From Lama glama (Eukaryota): 64,000 nucleotides of DNA. The translations under genes and the position numbers were made by a program. The stretch lies in the NCBI GenBank assembly GCA_028534125.1, contig CM052818.1, positions 44,394,001 through 44,458,000 of the forward strand, read 5' to 3'. Numbering within the stretch: the stretch's first letter is position 1; every line of letters begins with the position of its first letter. The notes under the pieces are model-generated. The model searched no databases and was not told the origin of the DNA. It saw nothing but the letters and a program-made list of their open reading frames with translations. Below are positions 50,970 through 62,729 of this stretch, one piece after another.

Positions 50970-51095
50970 TCAGCAAGGCTAGGTTAGAATCACCTGGAAA
51001 ACTCTTTAAATGTGTAGATGTAGTTCCCCTACTGAATTGGGTTTCCTCGGGGGATGAAACCCAGGCATGTGTATTTTTAACAAGTTCAGCTCCTG
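50970..51095. mobile_element. MER5A-like hAT MITE fragment
   Basis: ttagaatcacctggaaaactctttaaa...ctactgaattgggtttcct...cccaggcatgtgtatttttaacaagttc. Confidence 0.75.
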
Positions 51096-51329
51096 AGGCA
51101 ACCAGCTCTGTCCCAGTCACCAGATTCAAAAGCTAGAAAGGACCAGATGATGTCTAAGGGGTTGTTCTCGTTCTGCAGCTTGTCAAGCTGTTCTTCTATT
51201 CCTATTAATGCACATGATTCCCTTCCCAGTTACCAGCCCACACTACGTATTTAAACGTATGCTGTCATTTAATCCTCAGAAGGGCCCCTCTGCAGATAGG
51301 GTCATATAGCCATCTCCTACCTGTCCCTC

Positions 51330-52080
51330 CAGTCTCACTTTAAACATTGCTTCATTCAGGAGGCCCAGACCAGGATCCATGCCCCTGCCCTCATGACTCT
51401 TCCACTCCCCTAATCATCGTAGCATCACACGCTTTACTGGTCCATCTCCCGGATGAAGCGGGGGGCTTTGCCTGTCCTACTCACTGCTGTATCTCCAGGG
51501 ATGATGCATGCTGACTGCTTAATCAATTGTGGCTGAGTTTAAGGCTAGTGAAACTGATGCTCAGATAGGTTAAGTAACTAACCCAATAGCATAAGAATTT
51601 GAAACCAGGGCTACCTCACCAGCTGGTGCTTTTTAGACTGTTCTCAGTATCCTCATCCCAGTGGCTGGCCTCACTCTTTGAAAGATAATTTGACAGGCAT
51701 CTTTGCTCAGAATTCCAACCCTAGATTTCTTTATAAGTTAAAAGACAACTATCTTAAGAAGACTAGGCCCCTCAGGCCTTGGAAAGAAGTTGACCAACAT
51801 GATCAAATAAATCAAGTGCTCAGGGAGGCCCCTCCCAGTCGGGGAGACTGGCTTTCTTATCCAGCCCTGCTAGTGCTTCTCCCCGACAGCTCATGACAAA
51901 GCAGCCGCTACAGGGCACAGCCAATGATGTGAATGCTTTCTCCTTAACAATCACAACATTCCTGTGAGCTAAAGATGATCATCCCGATTTTACAGATGAG
52001 GAAATTGAGGCTCAGAGGCATTAAACCCCAACCAGGGGCCCACAGCTAGCGATCAATGGAGTAAGACCTGGGTTTGCCTC
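51330..52080. mobile_element. L2 3' fragment (+ 51330-51540) and MIR fragments (- 51545-51620; - 51900-52080)
   Basis: ctcactgctgtatctccagg; gaaactgatgctcagataggttaagtaact; cccgattttacagatgaggaaattgaggctcagag. Confidence 0.75.
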
Positions 52081-52719
52081 CTCTCCCACCAAAGAATTGA
52101 GCCTTGTGGTTAAGAGTTTCACTTCCAATTTTATTGAGACAAAAATTACCTAGAAGTCAACTGGATTTTAATTACATGTTAGAAAATTATGTTGTGTACG
52201 TATTGGCCTGATTTTTAGCTTGTGATGTGGAATTCCATGTCATGTTTGGCCCCTCTCAACTTCAGCTTCTCTGTCAGTATGAACTTTGCTATTGATTTGC
52301 TCAACTTACAAGACAGTTTTCGTGTCTTTTTTTCACCTTCTGGCTTTTGACTGGATCATTACTCAAGTTCATTAGAAAATTCCATCAACAGTGTGATTTC
52401 CACTGTGCATGTGGGCCAACATGAAGGACAACCAAAAAAGTGCACTGGTGCTGATGGTGGTGTTGAGCTCATTTCCCCTTTTAATGTTTGTGTGAATGCT
52501 TTTCTTTCCAGTGATTAAGACACTGATTAAAAAAGAAATAGTGTATGCCATCAGAAACTAGAAGCCCTAAATAAATTGTATTTGCATCTGTTTCTATTCG
52601 GGTATTAAAAATAGACTAAAACTGTTCAGATTTAGCAAAAGGCTACTGGAACAAGAATGATGCTAGATGTTGGTGCCAAGCAGAGGGGAAGCCATGATAG
52701 CTGGCATTAAGTGTCTTGG

Positions 52720-52930
52720 CTGGAGAATTAGATGGCCTGAGTTCAAATTTCACGTGAGGTCTGCCTCTGAGAAGCTGCATTACTTGGAGAAAGTCATTTC
52801 TCCTGTCTGTTAAGGGTAATTCCAGCCTCTAACTCAAATAAGTTAGTGGGTAAGGAGTAAATGGAGTCCTTCTAGGGAGCACCCTAGCAAATGCCTGGTA
52901 TACAGTGAGCATTCATATAGCGTGAGGAAT
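52720..52930 (+). mobile_element. MIR fragment
   Basis: agatggcctgagttcaaatt...aatgcctggtatacagtgagcattca. Confidence 0.65.
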
Positions 52931-53899
52931 TTTTTTTTTCTTTATTGAGAACCCCAGGGTCAGGGTCATCCTTGTTTTTCCACCAGACCTTTTCTCTAGC
53001 CTTCTTGCTTTCGATAGTTTTTTTTCGACACTCTGCTAGCACCTGCTGCCTGCGTCCCTCCCGTGGGACACTCTTCTGCCTCTCCCTGCTCCTTTATTTC
53101 CTTCTGTGGCCCTCAGTCCACAGTCGTGCTATGTATCTTTCATGGAGTAAGACTCACTCTTTGGGCAACAAAGATGTAACCTCATGAAATGTAAGAAGAA
53201 GACGTCTCCAAGAAACAGCCTCTTCATCTTCAACACTTCAAAGGGACCCCAATCACCAGATCAAAAGGAGAAAGCCCAACAGCCCTCCATCAAAGCTCCC
53301 ACCCTCCCACGGATTGGCAGCCTCCTGGGCACACGGTGCTTTCAATCTGTTGCCATCGTTGCTGTCCACAATGTATGAGCACCCATCACTCAACCTTAAG
53401 GTTGGAGATATTTTGAAATTTGGTCTAAGTCTTTTTTACCCATAGCTTTTGATTTCTGCTGTTTCTATCAAAATTAGAAGAATTATGGTGAAGCCATTAA
53501 AAAGGTTAGTCACTAAAGCTTGGGAAAAGGGCCCTGCACACCAAGAAACCAACCTGGAACCAGAAACTACACAGTCTTAGGGGAAGCCTCCCTCAGTGGA
53601 AACCACACCCCAGGGCCACAGCACATCCCCACCAGCAACAGTCCTGAGAGCTGCTGGGTTAGACCAGAAGTCCTAGGAGGCAAAAAAGAGGCAGGTGCAC
53701 TGGGTCTACCTCGTTATGGACTTTTTGGAAATCAATCACCAGATGTTGAATTTAATTTCTCGTAAGGAATACACATTTTTGTAAACCCTGTGGAAAAGTC
53801 AGAACATACAAGGTAAAAAAATAATGCATCATCTTACCACCACGAATAACATCAGTAAACATGTTACTAAGTATAAGAGGACCTTCCTAACAATCATAT

Positions 53900-54180
53900 T
53901 TGTGATATTAAAAATAGGTTAATATTTAAATATTTATTAACATATCCATATCTATTTTAGTGTAACAGTTATGTATTTATATAATTATTTCTATTGCATC
54001 AATTTGTATTATGTAAGCATGTATTTATATTTGTATAGTGTATATTTTGTATTTATATACTACGCACGATAGTGTTTATATAATATATAGGTATCTATGA
54101 TATACAAAATGTAGCATGTAAGTGTATACATATATCACATAGGTGTATTTTATACACTTAGATTTACAGATTTAAATATC
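53900..54180. repeat. AT-rich low-complexity tract inside an old L1-like relic
   Basis: Runs of tatattt/tatata/tgtat. Confidence 0.6.
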
Positions 54181-54779
54181 CTCACTTTTGACATCATAAA
54201 TCATGCTGTCATGAATGTCCTGTTACAAAATCATTCTACTGCTGATGATTCATTTCTCTGGTCTTGGGTAGGAATGAGTAAGCCATTGCTCTAAAGGTGT
54301 AAGAAATACTGCATCGTTTTTTTGTAAGCCTCTCATTTGCCAGGCCAGCCAGAAAGCCATCTGTGGTCTTTTCATGGGGTCCCTCTCCCTGCCATGGGTT
54401 GTGTCAGAACCAGGAAAAGGAAGGCAAGCCCTGGTGTCAGTCTGGATTGCTCACCTGTGCTGTTGCTCTACCTAAGGCCCAACAGATGCTAAATGCCCAG
54501 TTCCCCAAACATCCCTGGCAGAGTCTGGTCCCAAGCTGGTCCCACCCAGGGGCTGGCGCTACAGATGCCCAGGCCCACCACTTGCTGCCCAAACTCTGCA
54601 GGCGGCTCCCTGGCATCACAAGCCCTGCAGGTGATGGGCTCCCACCTGTGGGTGAAGGCTCCACCCCAGTTCTGTCCTTTCAACACAGGCCGGTTCTTAA
54701 TTTGATTTGTGATGTGTTTGCACTGCCACACATAGGATGCTAGGTCAAATGCTACATATTTTTTCAGACTTTCAAAAAA

Positions 54780-55890
54780 TCCTTTTAAAAGGTTTATCAT
54801 GAAAATATCATATATACAAAAATACAGGAAATGCATAAAGTATGCAGAGTTATCAAACAAACACCATTATTCCCATGACCCAAGTGAAGACATAGGTTCT
54901 TCCAACTACTTTCAGGTTCCCCTCTCCCCTTCCCTCAGCCCAAAGGGAAACATAATATTGATTTTTTGAGTTTACTAGTGCCTTGCTCTCACATGAAGTA
55001 TAACTAAATAAACAATAACTATCTCTAAACTGTGAACTTTTGTACTCTCAAGGACTCTGTACAAATAGTATTACGCACTTTATGTTCTTTAGAAACTGGC
55101 TTTTATCATTTAATTTAATGTTCTTTTAAGATTCACTGTTGTTGAGGCATGAAGCAATGGTTAATTCATTTTACCAAAGTATAGTATTCCAACAGAGGAA
55201 TAACCACAATTTATTCATGCATTCTCCCCTTGATGAATATCTGGGGTATTTCCAGTTTTTTCTATTACAAACTATGCCACTGAGGACATAGTTCTGCAGC
55301 TCCCCTGCGGCACACAACCAGAAATGCATCTGGTTTATGTACCTGTGAGGAATGGCTGAGTCAGATGCATTACACAGCATCACGTGAAAAGATAATGTCC
55401 ATTTTTCCAACATGTTCATATGTATTTCAGACCTTCCCCAGCATGTTATAAAGTTCTATTTTCTCTACTCTTCCTCAATACATAAATTCTGCCAGTCTAG
55501 CAGGGATGAAATGCTATCTGCTTGTCATCTGAATCTGCATCTCCCTGATTTCTAATGAGAAAGAGCATTTTTGCCTATGTTTATGGGCCATTTCATACTT
55601 TCTTTTCTCTGAAAGATTTGTTCTATCTTTTGCCCTATTTTTTTCTGTTTGCTTTATCTTTCTCTTTTTGACCTTGATCTGCTGTAGGTCTTTATAGATA
55701 GTAAACCATTATTGGTTACATGTGTTGAAAATATAGGTTTATAGTTTGTATTAACACGTGCCTTATGGTGTCCCTTGATAAATTATTTCCATTTTTAATC
55801 TTCTTATTAAAGTATAATTGACAGACAATAAATTCCACATATTTTAAATGCATAGTTTGAAGAGGTCTGACAGATATTTCACAGGTAAGC
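54780..55890 (-). mobile_element. Old L1 (L1M) 3' fragments
   Basis: taaccacaatttattcatgcattctccccttgatgaatatctggggtatttccagttttt; tgcatctccctgatttctaatgag; aagtataattgacagacaataaattccaca. Confidence 0.75.
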
Positions 55891-55894
55891 AATC

Positions 55895-57350
55895 ACCCAA
55901 ACAGCACAGTTTACATTAGGGTTCACTCTTGGTGTTGTACATTCTATGCATGTAAACAAATGTATAATGACACGTATCCACTATTATAGTATCACAGATC
56001 ATTTTCACTGCCCTAAAAATCCTCTGTTCTCTAACTATTCATTCCTCCCTCCCCCTAACCCCAATTAACCACTGATCTTTTTGGTGTCTCCATGGCTTTG
56101 CCTCTTCTAGAATGTCATGCAGTTAATCATACAGTATGTAGACTTTTCAGATTGGCTTTTTATGTAATATACATTTAAGGTTCTTTCATGTCTTATCATG
56201 GCTGTACAGCTCATTTCTTTTTAGCTCTAAGTAATACTGTCTGGGTGTACCATAGTTTATTTACCCATTCATCAAAGAAGGACATTTTGGCTGCTTCCAA
56301 GTTTTGGCCATTACGAATAACACTACTACGAACATCCGTGTGCTAGCTTTTCTGTTGATGTAAGTTTTCAACTCCTTTTGATATACAGCAAAGAACACAG
56401 TTGCTGGATTATATGGTAAGAGTATGTTTAGTTATATAAGAAACTGCCAACTTGTCTTCCAAAGTGGCTGTACCATTTTGCATTCCCACCAGCAACAAAT
56501 GAAAATTTCTGTTGTTCTACATCCTCACCCACATGTGGTGTTGTCCTTGGTCTGGATTTTGGTCATTCTAATAGGTGTGTGTAGTAGCTCAGGGTTGTTT
56601 TAATGTGCATCTCCCTAATGACATATGACGGGGAATGCATTTTTGTAGGCTTATTTGTCACCTGTCCATTTGTCACCTGTCCATCATCTTGGGTGAGATG
56701 TTACTAAGGTTTTTGGCCCATTTTTTAAATCAGGTTGTTTGTTTTCTTATTGTTGAGTTTTAAGTGTTCTCTGTATATTTTGGATAACAGTCCTTTATCA
56801 GATATGTCTTAGCAAATATTTTCTCTCAGTCTATGGTTTGTGTTTTTATTCTGTTGACCGTACCCTTCACAGAGAACAAATTTTTTTCTTTTTTTGTGTG
56901 TGTTGGGGGAGGAGGTAATTAGGTTTACTTACTTATTTTTAGAGGAGGTACTGGGGATTGAACCTAGGACCTTGTGCATGCTAGGCATGTGCTCTACCTC
57001 TTGAGCTATACCATCCCCCTGAAATTTTTAATTTTATTGAAGACCTGATTAATTCATTTTCTCATGGATCATGCTTCTGTGTTATGGATAAAAAGTCACT
57101 GCCAAAACCCAGCTTATATAAAATTTCTATGTTGTCTTCTAGGAGTTCTGTTACTTTGTACTTTACATTTAAGTGTGTGATCCATTTTGTGTGAATTTTT
57201 TTGAAAGGTGTAAGGTCTGTGTCTATATTCACTTTTTTTGCACATGGACGTCCAGTTGTTCCCACATCATTTATTGAAAAGACCATCTTTGCTGTATTAT
57301 ATTGCCTTTGCTCCTTTGCCAAAGATCAGTTGACTGACAATATTTATGTG
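55895..57350 (-). mobile_element. L1MC1-like 3' end and ORF2 C-terminus, containing a nested SINE
   Basis: agtttacattagggttcactcttggtgttgtacattctatg...ttcactgccctaaaaatcctctg; ORF 57062-57322 gives DLTPFKKIHTKWITHLNVKYK..LLEDNI (ORF2-like). Confidence 0.85.
56881..57019 (-). mobile_element. tRNA-derived camelid SINE (Vic-1 type)
   Basis: On -: gggggatggtatagctcaagaggtagagcacatgcctagcatgcacaaggtcctaggttcaatccccagtacctcc...aaacctaattacctcc plus A-tail; A box TAGCTCAAGAGG, B box GGTTCAATCCC; TSD aaattttt 56878-56885 and 57022-57029. Confidence 0.9.
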
Positions 57351-57354
57351 GGTC

Positions 57355-57990
57355 TTGGTTGTGGTGTAGAATTCTTTTAATACACTGTTGGTGTCAGTTT
57401 GCTAATATTTTATTGAAGATTTTTGCATTTATATGGATGAGAGATATTGGTGTGTAGTTTTCTTGTAATGTCTTTGGGTTTTGGTATTTGTGGGAAGATT
57501 TTTAACTATGAGACAGAGAGATGGATAGGAAGATAGATATGACTATTCGGGTATTTTATTTCTTAAATTCATTTGGTAAGCTGTCTTTTCCAAAGAAGGT
57601 ACATTTTGTCTGAGTTAGTAAATGTATTGGTATAAAATTCTTTTTAATATCCTTAGAATCCTCAGTGATTTCTTCTCCTTCATTTCTGATATTGATGATA
57701 TGTGTTTTCTCTTTTTGTTTCTTGGCTAGTCTTACTAAGGGTTTATTAATTTTGTACATCTTTTCAAATAGCTGAATTTTGGCTTAGTTAACTTTCTCTA
57801 GGTTTTCCTGATGTCTATGTCATTGATTTCTTCTCTGATATTATTTCTTTTTTCTAAGTTACTTTTATTTTAATTTGTACTATTAAGTAGCTTCTTAAGA
57901 TATAAATTTATATCATCAATTTATTTTTTATTTTTTGTGTGTATATATATATATATATATCATTAATTTTAAACATTTCTTTTCTAGTAT
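57355..57990 (-). mobile_element. Old L1 ORF2 fragment
   Basis: ORF 57556-57759 KINKPLVRLAKKQKEKTHIINIRNEGEEITEDSKDIKK resembles ORF2p KIDKPLARL.KKKREKTQI..IRNE.G.ITTD..EIK. Confidence 0.85.
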
Positions 57991-57994
57991 AGGC

Positions 57995-58795
57995 ATAGTG
58001 GGAAATGGGAACTTTGTTCACCACTGACAGAAGCAGAAATTGGTGCTCCCACTTTAGAAGAGAGTTTGGTATTACCTAAAGCAGTTAAACATGGATGTAA
58101 ACTACAACTCGGTAATTCCACTCCTAGTTACATACTCCAAAGAACCTCTTGCCCATTTGTTTCTGTAGGTATACTTATAGAAGCATTATTCATTATGTCA
58201 TGAAACTGAAAATAACTCAAATACTATACTAGAATAGGACTGATCAATACTGGAACATTTAGCATGGACAAATAAACAGAATGCAATGGGATATTACAGA
58301 GCAGGGAAATGAATGGACTATAGCTACATTCACCAACATGAATTAATCTATATTCATGTTATAAATCTAAATAATAACATTGCATGAAAAAAAGTGGACC
58401 ACAGAGTAATAGCAAGAAAATTATTCAAATCATTTTTAAAGTTCAAAGGCAGACAAAGTAGAACACCTGTTTCTTATCTAGGGTTATTTACAAAGGTGAG
58501 CTACTATAAAGAAAAGCATAGAAAGATTAACGTAAGATTTAGGATTGTGATTTCCTTTAGAGATGGCAGAGTTGAAAGTGAACAAAAGAAACAGGAGTGC
58601 TGGAAAGAGCAGACAGAGAATTTCTAAGGTACTGATCACGTCTTTTGCCTTAATCTAGGCAGTTGGTACATGGTCACCAAATTGTTATCATTAACTAACC
58701 TTCACATGTTATCATTAACTAACCTTCACATACACTTTCTTATAGTCTTTAGTATAAATTCAGTATTTCACAAAAAAATATAATGCTTCTCAAAA
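57995..58795 (+). mobile_element. Old L1 (L1ME-like) 3' region in the opposite orientation
   Basis: gggaaatgggaactttgttcaccactg...ccactttagaagagagtttgg...gtaattccactcctag...ccaacatgaattaatct...gcatgaaaaaaag. Confidence 0.75.
58683..58730. repeat. Perfect 24-bp tandem duplication
   Basis: tgttatcattaactaaccttcaca twice. Confidence 0.95.
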
Positions 58796-58859
58796 AAAGT
58801 GAAGAGTTTTAAACTTCATGAAAATTCTGAGGCATAGGTAGGTGAGGCTAGATCTGTTG

Positions 58860-59500
58860 ATCCATTTAACAAGTGCTTTGTGAACACCAGCTCTGTACCA
58901 GGTATTGTGTTGTGTGCTAGTGACGTAGAGATGGACAGGATGGAGTGTGTGTCCTCAGAGTTTCCAGAAGAGGCTGATACCTACATGAGTGCATCCTCAG
59001 AAGGCAGAATAGAGGGTTTGTGAAGATGAGCCATGGAAAATGGTTTAGGAAAAGAGCTTAGCACCATTGCCATATCCTTTAACCAAGAAAAAAAGGAGGA
59101 GACTGAGAGTTTTTCAGGAGTGCCAGGATCAGAGCCTTTTCTCAGGATGTCTAATCTACCCAAATATGGCTTCCAGCAGGCAGAGAGACAGGAAGCAAAA
59201 GTCCAAAGACACCAGAGTAAGGGCTCACAGAAGAATTATCAACAGCCTGAACCAGGATGCTAAAATCAGGAGGGAGAAACAGAGGGTGCTGATGTGCACA
59301 TGGCAGTGGGGGTGGGAAGAGTGTGTTCAGAGATAGGGACGGTTATCTGGCAAAGTGATGGAGAAGTCAGAGACGGCCATAAGAGAGGTTCAACCTGGAT
59401 GATGAAGGATGGAAGGAGGATGGAGATGGAGCAACACGAGACAAGGAGAGGTTGCAGGGGGTGGGGAAGGAAGGGAAGGGAGCCTACAGGGGTCTCTGTC
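58860..59500 (-). mobile_element. LINE-2 fragment
   Basis: catttaacaagtgctttgtgaacaccagctctgtaccaggtattgtgttgtgtgctagtga...ttccagcaggcagagagacagg...caaaagtcc. Confidence 0.7.
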
Positions 59501-59859
59501 AGGGACACACAGAGGCTAAGGTCAGGGTGGGCACACCCGGAAAGACGTCCTGTAGGAATTAGGGAAAGGTGCATGATTTTCCTGACTCCTTTCACTCCCG
59601 ATGACCTATCCCTCTTCTGGTCAGATGATTCTATGCATCTTTATGAGCTTCCATTTGCTGGCCAGCCTTATAGACTCTAAGAAAGAAATTTCAACCAGTC
59701 TCAGACCAATTCACCTTTGCCTATCTCCCACAGTCAAACAGGGTCTGCAGTGAAATGTACGCTTTTAATCAAGGCTCACCTGTGGACCATAGGCTGCATC
59801 CACATGATATAAAAAGCCTCGATTCAGAAAAATAAAGCTCAAACCTTGCCACCTGCAGG

Positions 59860-60620
59860 CTTGGGTTTGAACCGCCATCTCTTTCTAGCTCTGTGACCCT
59901 GAGCAGTCCACTCAACCTCTCTGAGCCTTAATTTCTCTCATCTTTGTAATGGAAACAATAATACTTGTCCTAGTTATCTCACAAAGTCACTGAGTAGATA
60001 CCATACAGGTGTGAGGTTTACAACTGTCATAATGAGAACACTTAGCGAGAGCGGGAACTGCAAGGGATCAGAAGCATCGATCCGCTGCAATGAGGAAATA
60101 AAAACAGGAAACCAGCTGCAGGAACTCTTCCCTATTTTAACTGCTGCTCTGGCCTTTTTAGTAATTCCAATGACTGTGCTTCTAAAACCCATCTCAGATT
60201 CTGGATGGCAGTGATTCTGCAAGGGACGCACAGCACACTATCAGGTTAAATTACTACCAGCTAAAGGGACGAGACCAACCAGAACACATGCTCTTCTTTA
60301 AAAGCGACTCCGGAAACACAGTATTTCTTCCATGCAAGCTCTCTTCTATCCAAAACGAAAGGAGGGGGGACGGACAGAAAGGAAGCAGGGGAGGGGATGC
60401 TATTTGTAATGAGTAGCTTCCCTGTGCCGGGTGCTGCACTGAAGGTTTATGCACAGACTTCCCCATTTAGCCCTCACCATGCTCTGCAGTGTGGGTATAA
60501 TTTCCTAATTTAATAGAGGAAAACAATTGAGGTTCTTTAGATGCTAAGAAAGCTGCCTAAGAGTCCACTGTTAGGCAGAGTCAATGCTGAGATTCAAACC
60601 CTGGTCTGAATCAAAGCCTC
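59860..60620. mobile_element. MIR (+ 59860-60050) and MIR (- 60400-60620)
   Basis: ctagctctgtgaccctgagcagtccactcaacctctctgagccttaatttc; gctgagattcaaaccctggtctg. Confidence 0.8.
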
Positions 60621-61437
60621 CCTGCTCTTCCTCCACGCTGTCTCCCAAGCTGAACCCGAACAAGCCACCACCGAAGGATTCCACACTCCACACTAATCAT
60701 TTACAATTTCATCCTCAATTCTTCCATTTGTAGTAGGAAAGGCTTGCATGTAATTAACTTAAGGATGAGTTCTCCATAAATTATACTTCAATCTGGTTCT
60801 ACATTTGAATAATTAAGTTTAAAACAGAAAGACTAATGAAACTGATGGTTACCAAATTACTAGATTTTGAAAATCATTGATTTCCTCATTTGCCTGCTAA
60901 AATTAATTGATCTCATTTACATATACAGATTGCATTTGCTTTAGCTTTGAGAATATTTATCTTCCAAGTTTTTTCCACCAAAGTTTCAAAATCCATTTGC
61001 AAAAATGCAATTCTATTTCAATTATGCTCATTTGCATGGAAACCAAAGCTTTATTGCTCTTCTACTTAATACTATTATGATGGTTCCTTTCATTTGAATA
61101 CAATGTCCTTGTAACTTAAAGAATAAATTTTTAACCCAGCCAAGCAACTTTAAAAATACATATGGAAATGATCAGTGTAATACAATAACTTCTAGTAAAT
61201 AAGAGAAATAAAAGCATATTCTCCTATTACAAAACACAGAAAAACACTTTACAAAATACATTTTAACAATATCTATGACACAATACCCTAAGATATTATG
61301 ACCATGTAAAGCTAAATGTTTGTATCTCACATGAGAAGGTTATTTCTTGGAATGATTAGTGAACAGGATAAACCCAACAAAATTTCCAAGAAATACAGAA
61401 ACAAAAGGATCCAATGACTTGAAAAGGAGCTAAAAGT

Positions 61438-61761
61438 CACTGGCTTTCAAAGAGAGGTTCACCACCTCCAATGTTTGTGGGTTACAAATTAGCATTTCTT
61501 ATATTTTCTTACATTAGCAGTATGTTTTACAATAAAATATAAGTTGAATAAAAATCATATAGGAAGAGCAGTGATTGTTCTATGAACTTTTGTTCAGTTT
61601 TATATTTTTATATGTGGGTGTGTAAATATGTGTGTGAGCATATCTGTATGTATGTACGTGTGTATGCATCTGTGTGGGGTGTGTGTATGGCCTGGGGCAT
61701 TGTCATAACATCAAATGTACTTCTTACTGCGGATCAAGGTCAAGAAGTTTGAAAACCACTC
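61438..61761. mobile_element. Probable hAT-family MITE with an internal (TG)n tract
   Basis: Imperfect terminal inverted repeats cactggctttcaaa (61438-61451) and tttgaaaaccactc (61748-61761); subterminal gtacttcttactgcggatcaaggtcaagaag. No clean TSD. Confidence 0.5.
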
Positions 61762-61839
61762 ATCTAATCATTTCCCTTTGTGTAGAAGAGTTTTGAAGGA
61801 TCGATATTTCAAAGATAGTAAACAGTAGACTTGGCGTAA

Positions 61840-62030
61840 GATAGTGTGGGTTCAAATCTTAGCAAGTAACTTCATCTCCCTAAATCTCAGACTCCTTCCT
61901 CATTTGTAAAATGGAGATAATAATAGGAATATCACAGGTTTGTCTTCAAGATTAAAAGAAATAATGTATGTCAAGTGTTGAACACAGTGTCTGGCATATA
62001 TGAGTACTAAACATTGACTATCATTATTTT
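61840..62030 (+). mobile_element. MIR
   Basis: gcaagtaacttcatctccctaaatctcag...cctcatttgtaaaatggagataataata...aagattaaaagaaataatgtatg...aacacagtgtctggcata. Confidence 0.85.
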
Positions 62031-62081
62031 CTTGAACCCCTCAAAAGCTTCGTTGTCTCTCATTAAATTTATCTCCTTCTA

Positions 62082-62244
62082 TAAGAAACAAATTTCTTCT
62101 CTATATACAGTATCTTGTAATAACCTTTAATGAAAAAGAGTAAGAAAATGAATATATATATATTTGCATGGTTGGGACATGATGCTGTACACCAGAAACT
62201 GATACACTGTAACCGGCTATATGTCAATTTAAAAATAAAAGAAA
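62082..62244 (+). mobile_element. Young camelid-type L1 3'UTR insertion with an 18-bp TSD
   Basis: TSD taaatttatctccttcta 62064-62081 and taaattaatctgcttcta 62245-62262 (2 mismatches); body cagtatcttgtaataacctttaatgaaaaaga...gcatggttgggacatgatgctgtacaccagaaactga. Confidence 0.9.
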
Positions 62245-62729
62245 TAAATTAATCTGCTTCTAGTTGTGCCCACTTCCCATGAGTACACACCCATGTTGAG
62301 TCCCTCCTCACCTCTGGGCCCTCTGCTGCGGGGAGAGATGGAGTGAAAAGAAGGGGCACGCATCCATGTACCCCAATCTGATGCTACTTTCAAATAAAAG
62401 CGCTAGCACAAGCGAGAAGGTTCTTAGTCACCCTAGAACTCCTCCTGACACCTGGATCCTTCTCCTGTCACACTTGCTTCTTTCAATACAGTCTACATCC
62501 GGGGCATGAAATGGGAATAAAGAACATTTTAGGGGGGAAAAAAATAAAAAGCAGCTACTCAGTCCAAATACTGATGATCCTGGAATAATGAGCTTTAGGA
62601 TCTCAAAGCAGGGGAAATGTTTAGGGTGCGTGCAAGAGATTAGATTGAAACTATCACCTATTTAAAGGAATTTATAAGGCAAGTCAAGGGTTTTGAACTT
62701 TATAGAGTAATCATAAAAAGAGGCAACAA

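Noticed and set aside
56945..57019. tRNA-like sequence on the - strand
   Set aside because: It is the head of a SINE with tail and TSD, not a tRNA gene.
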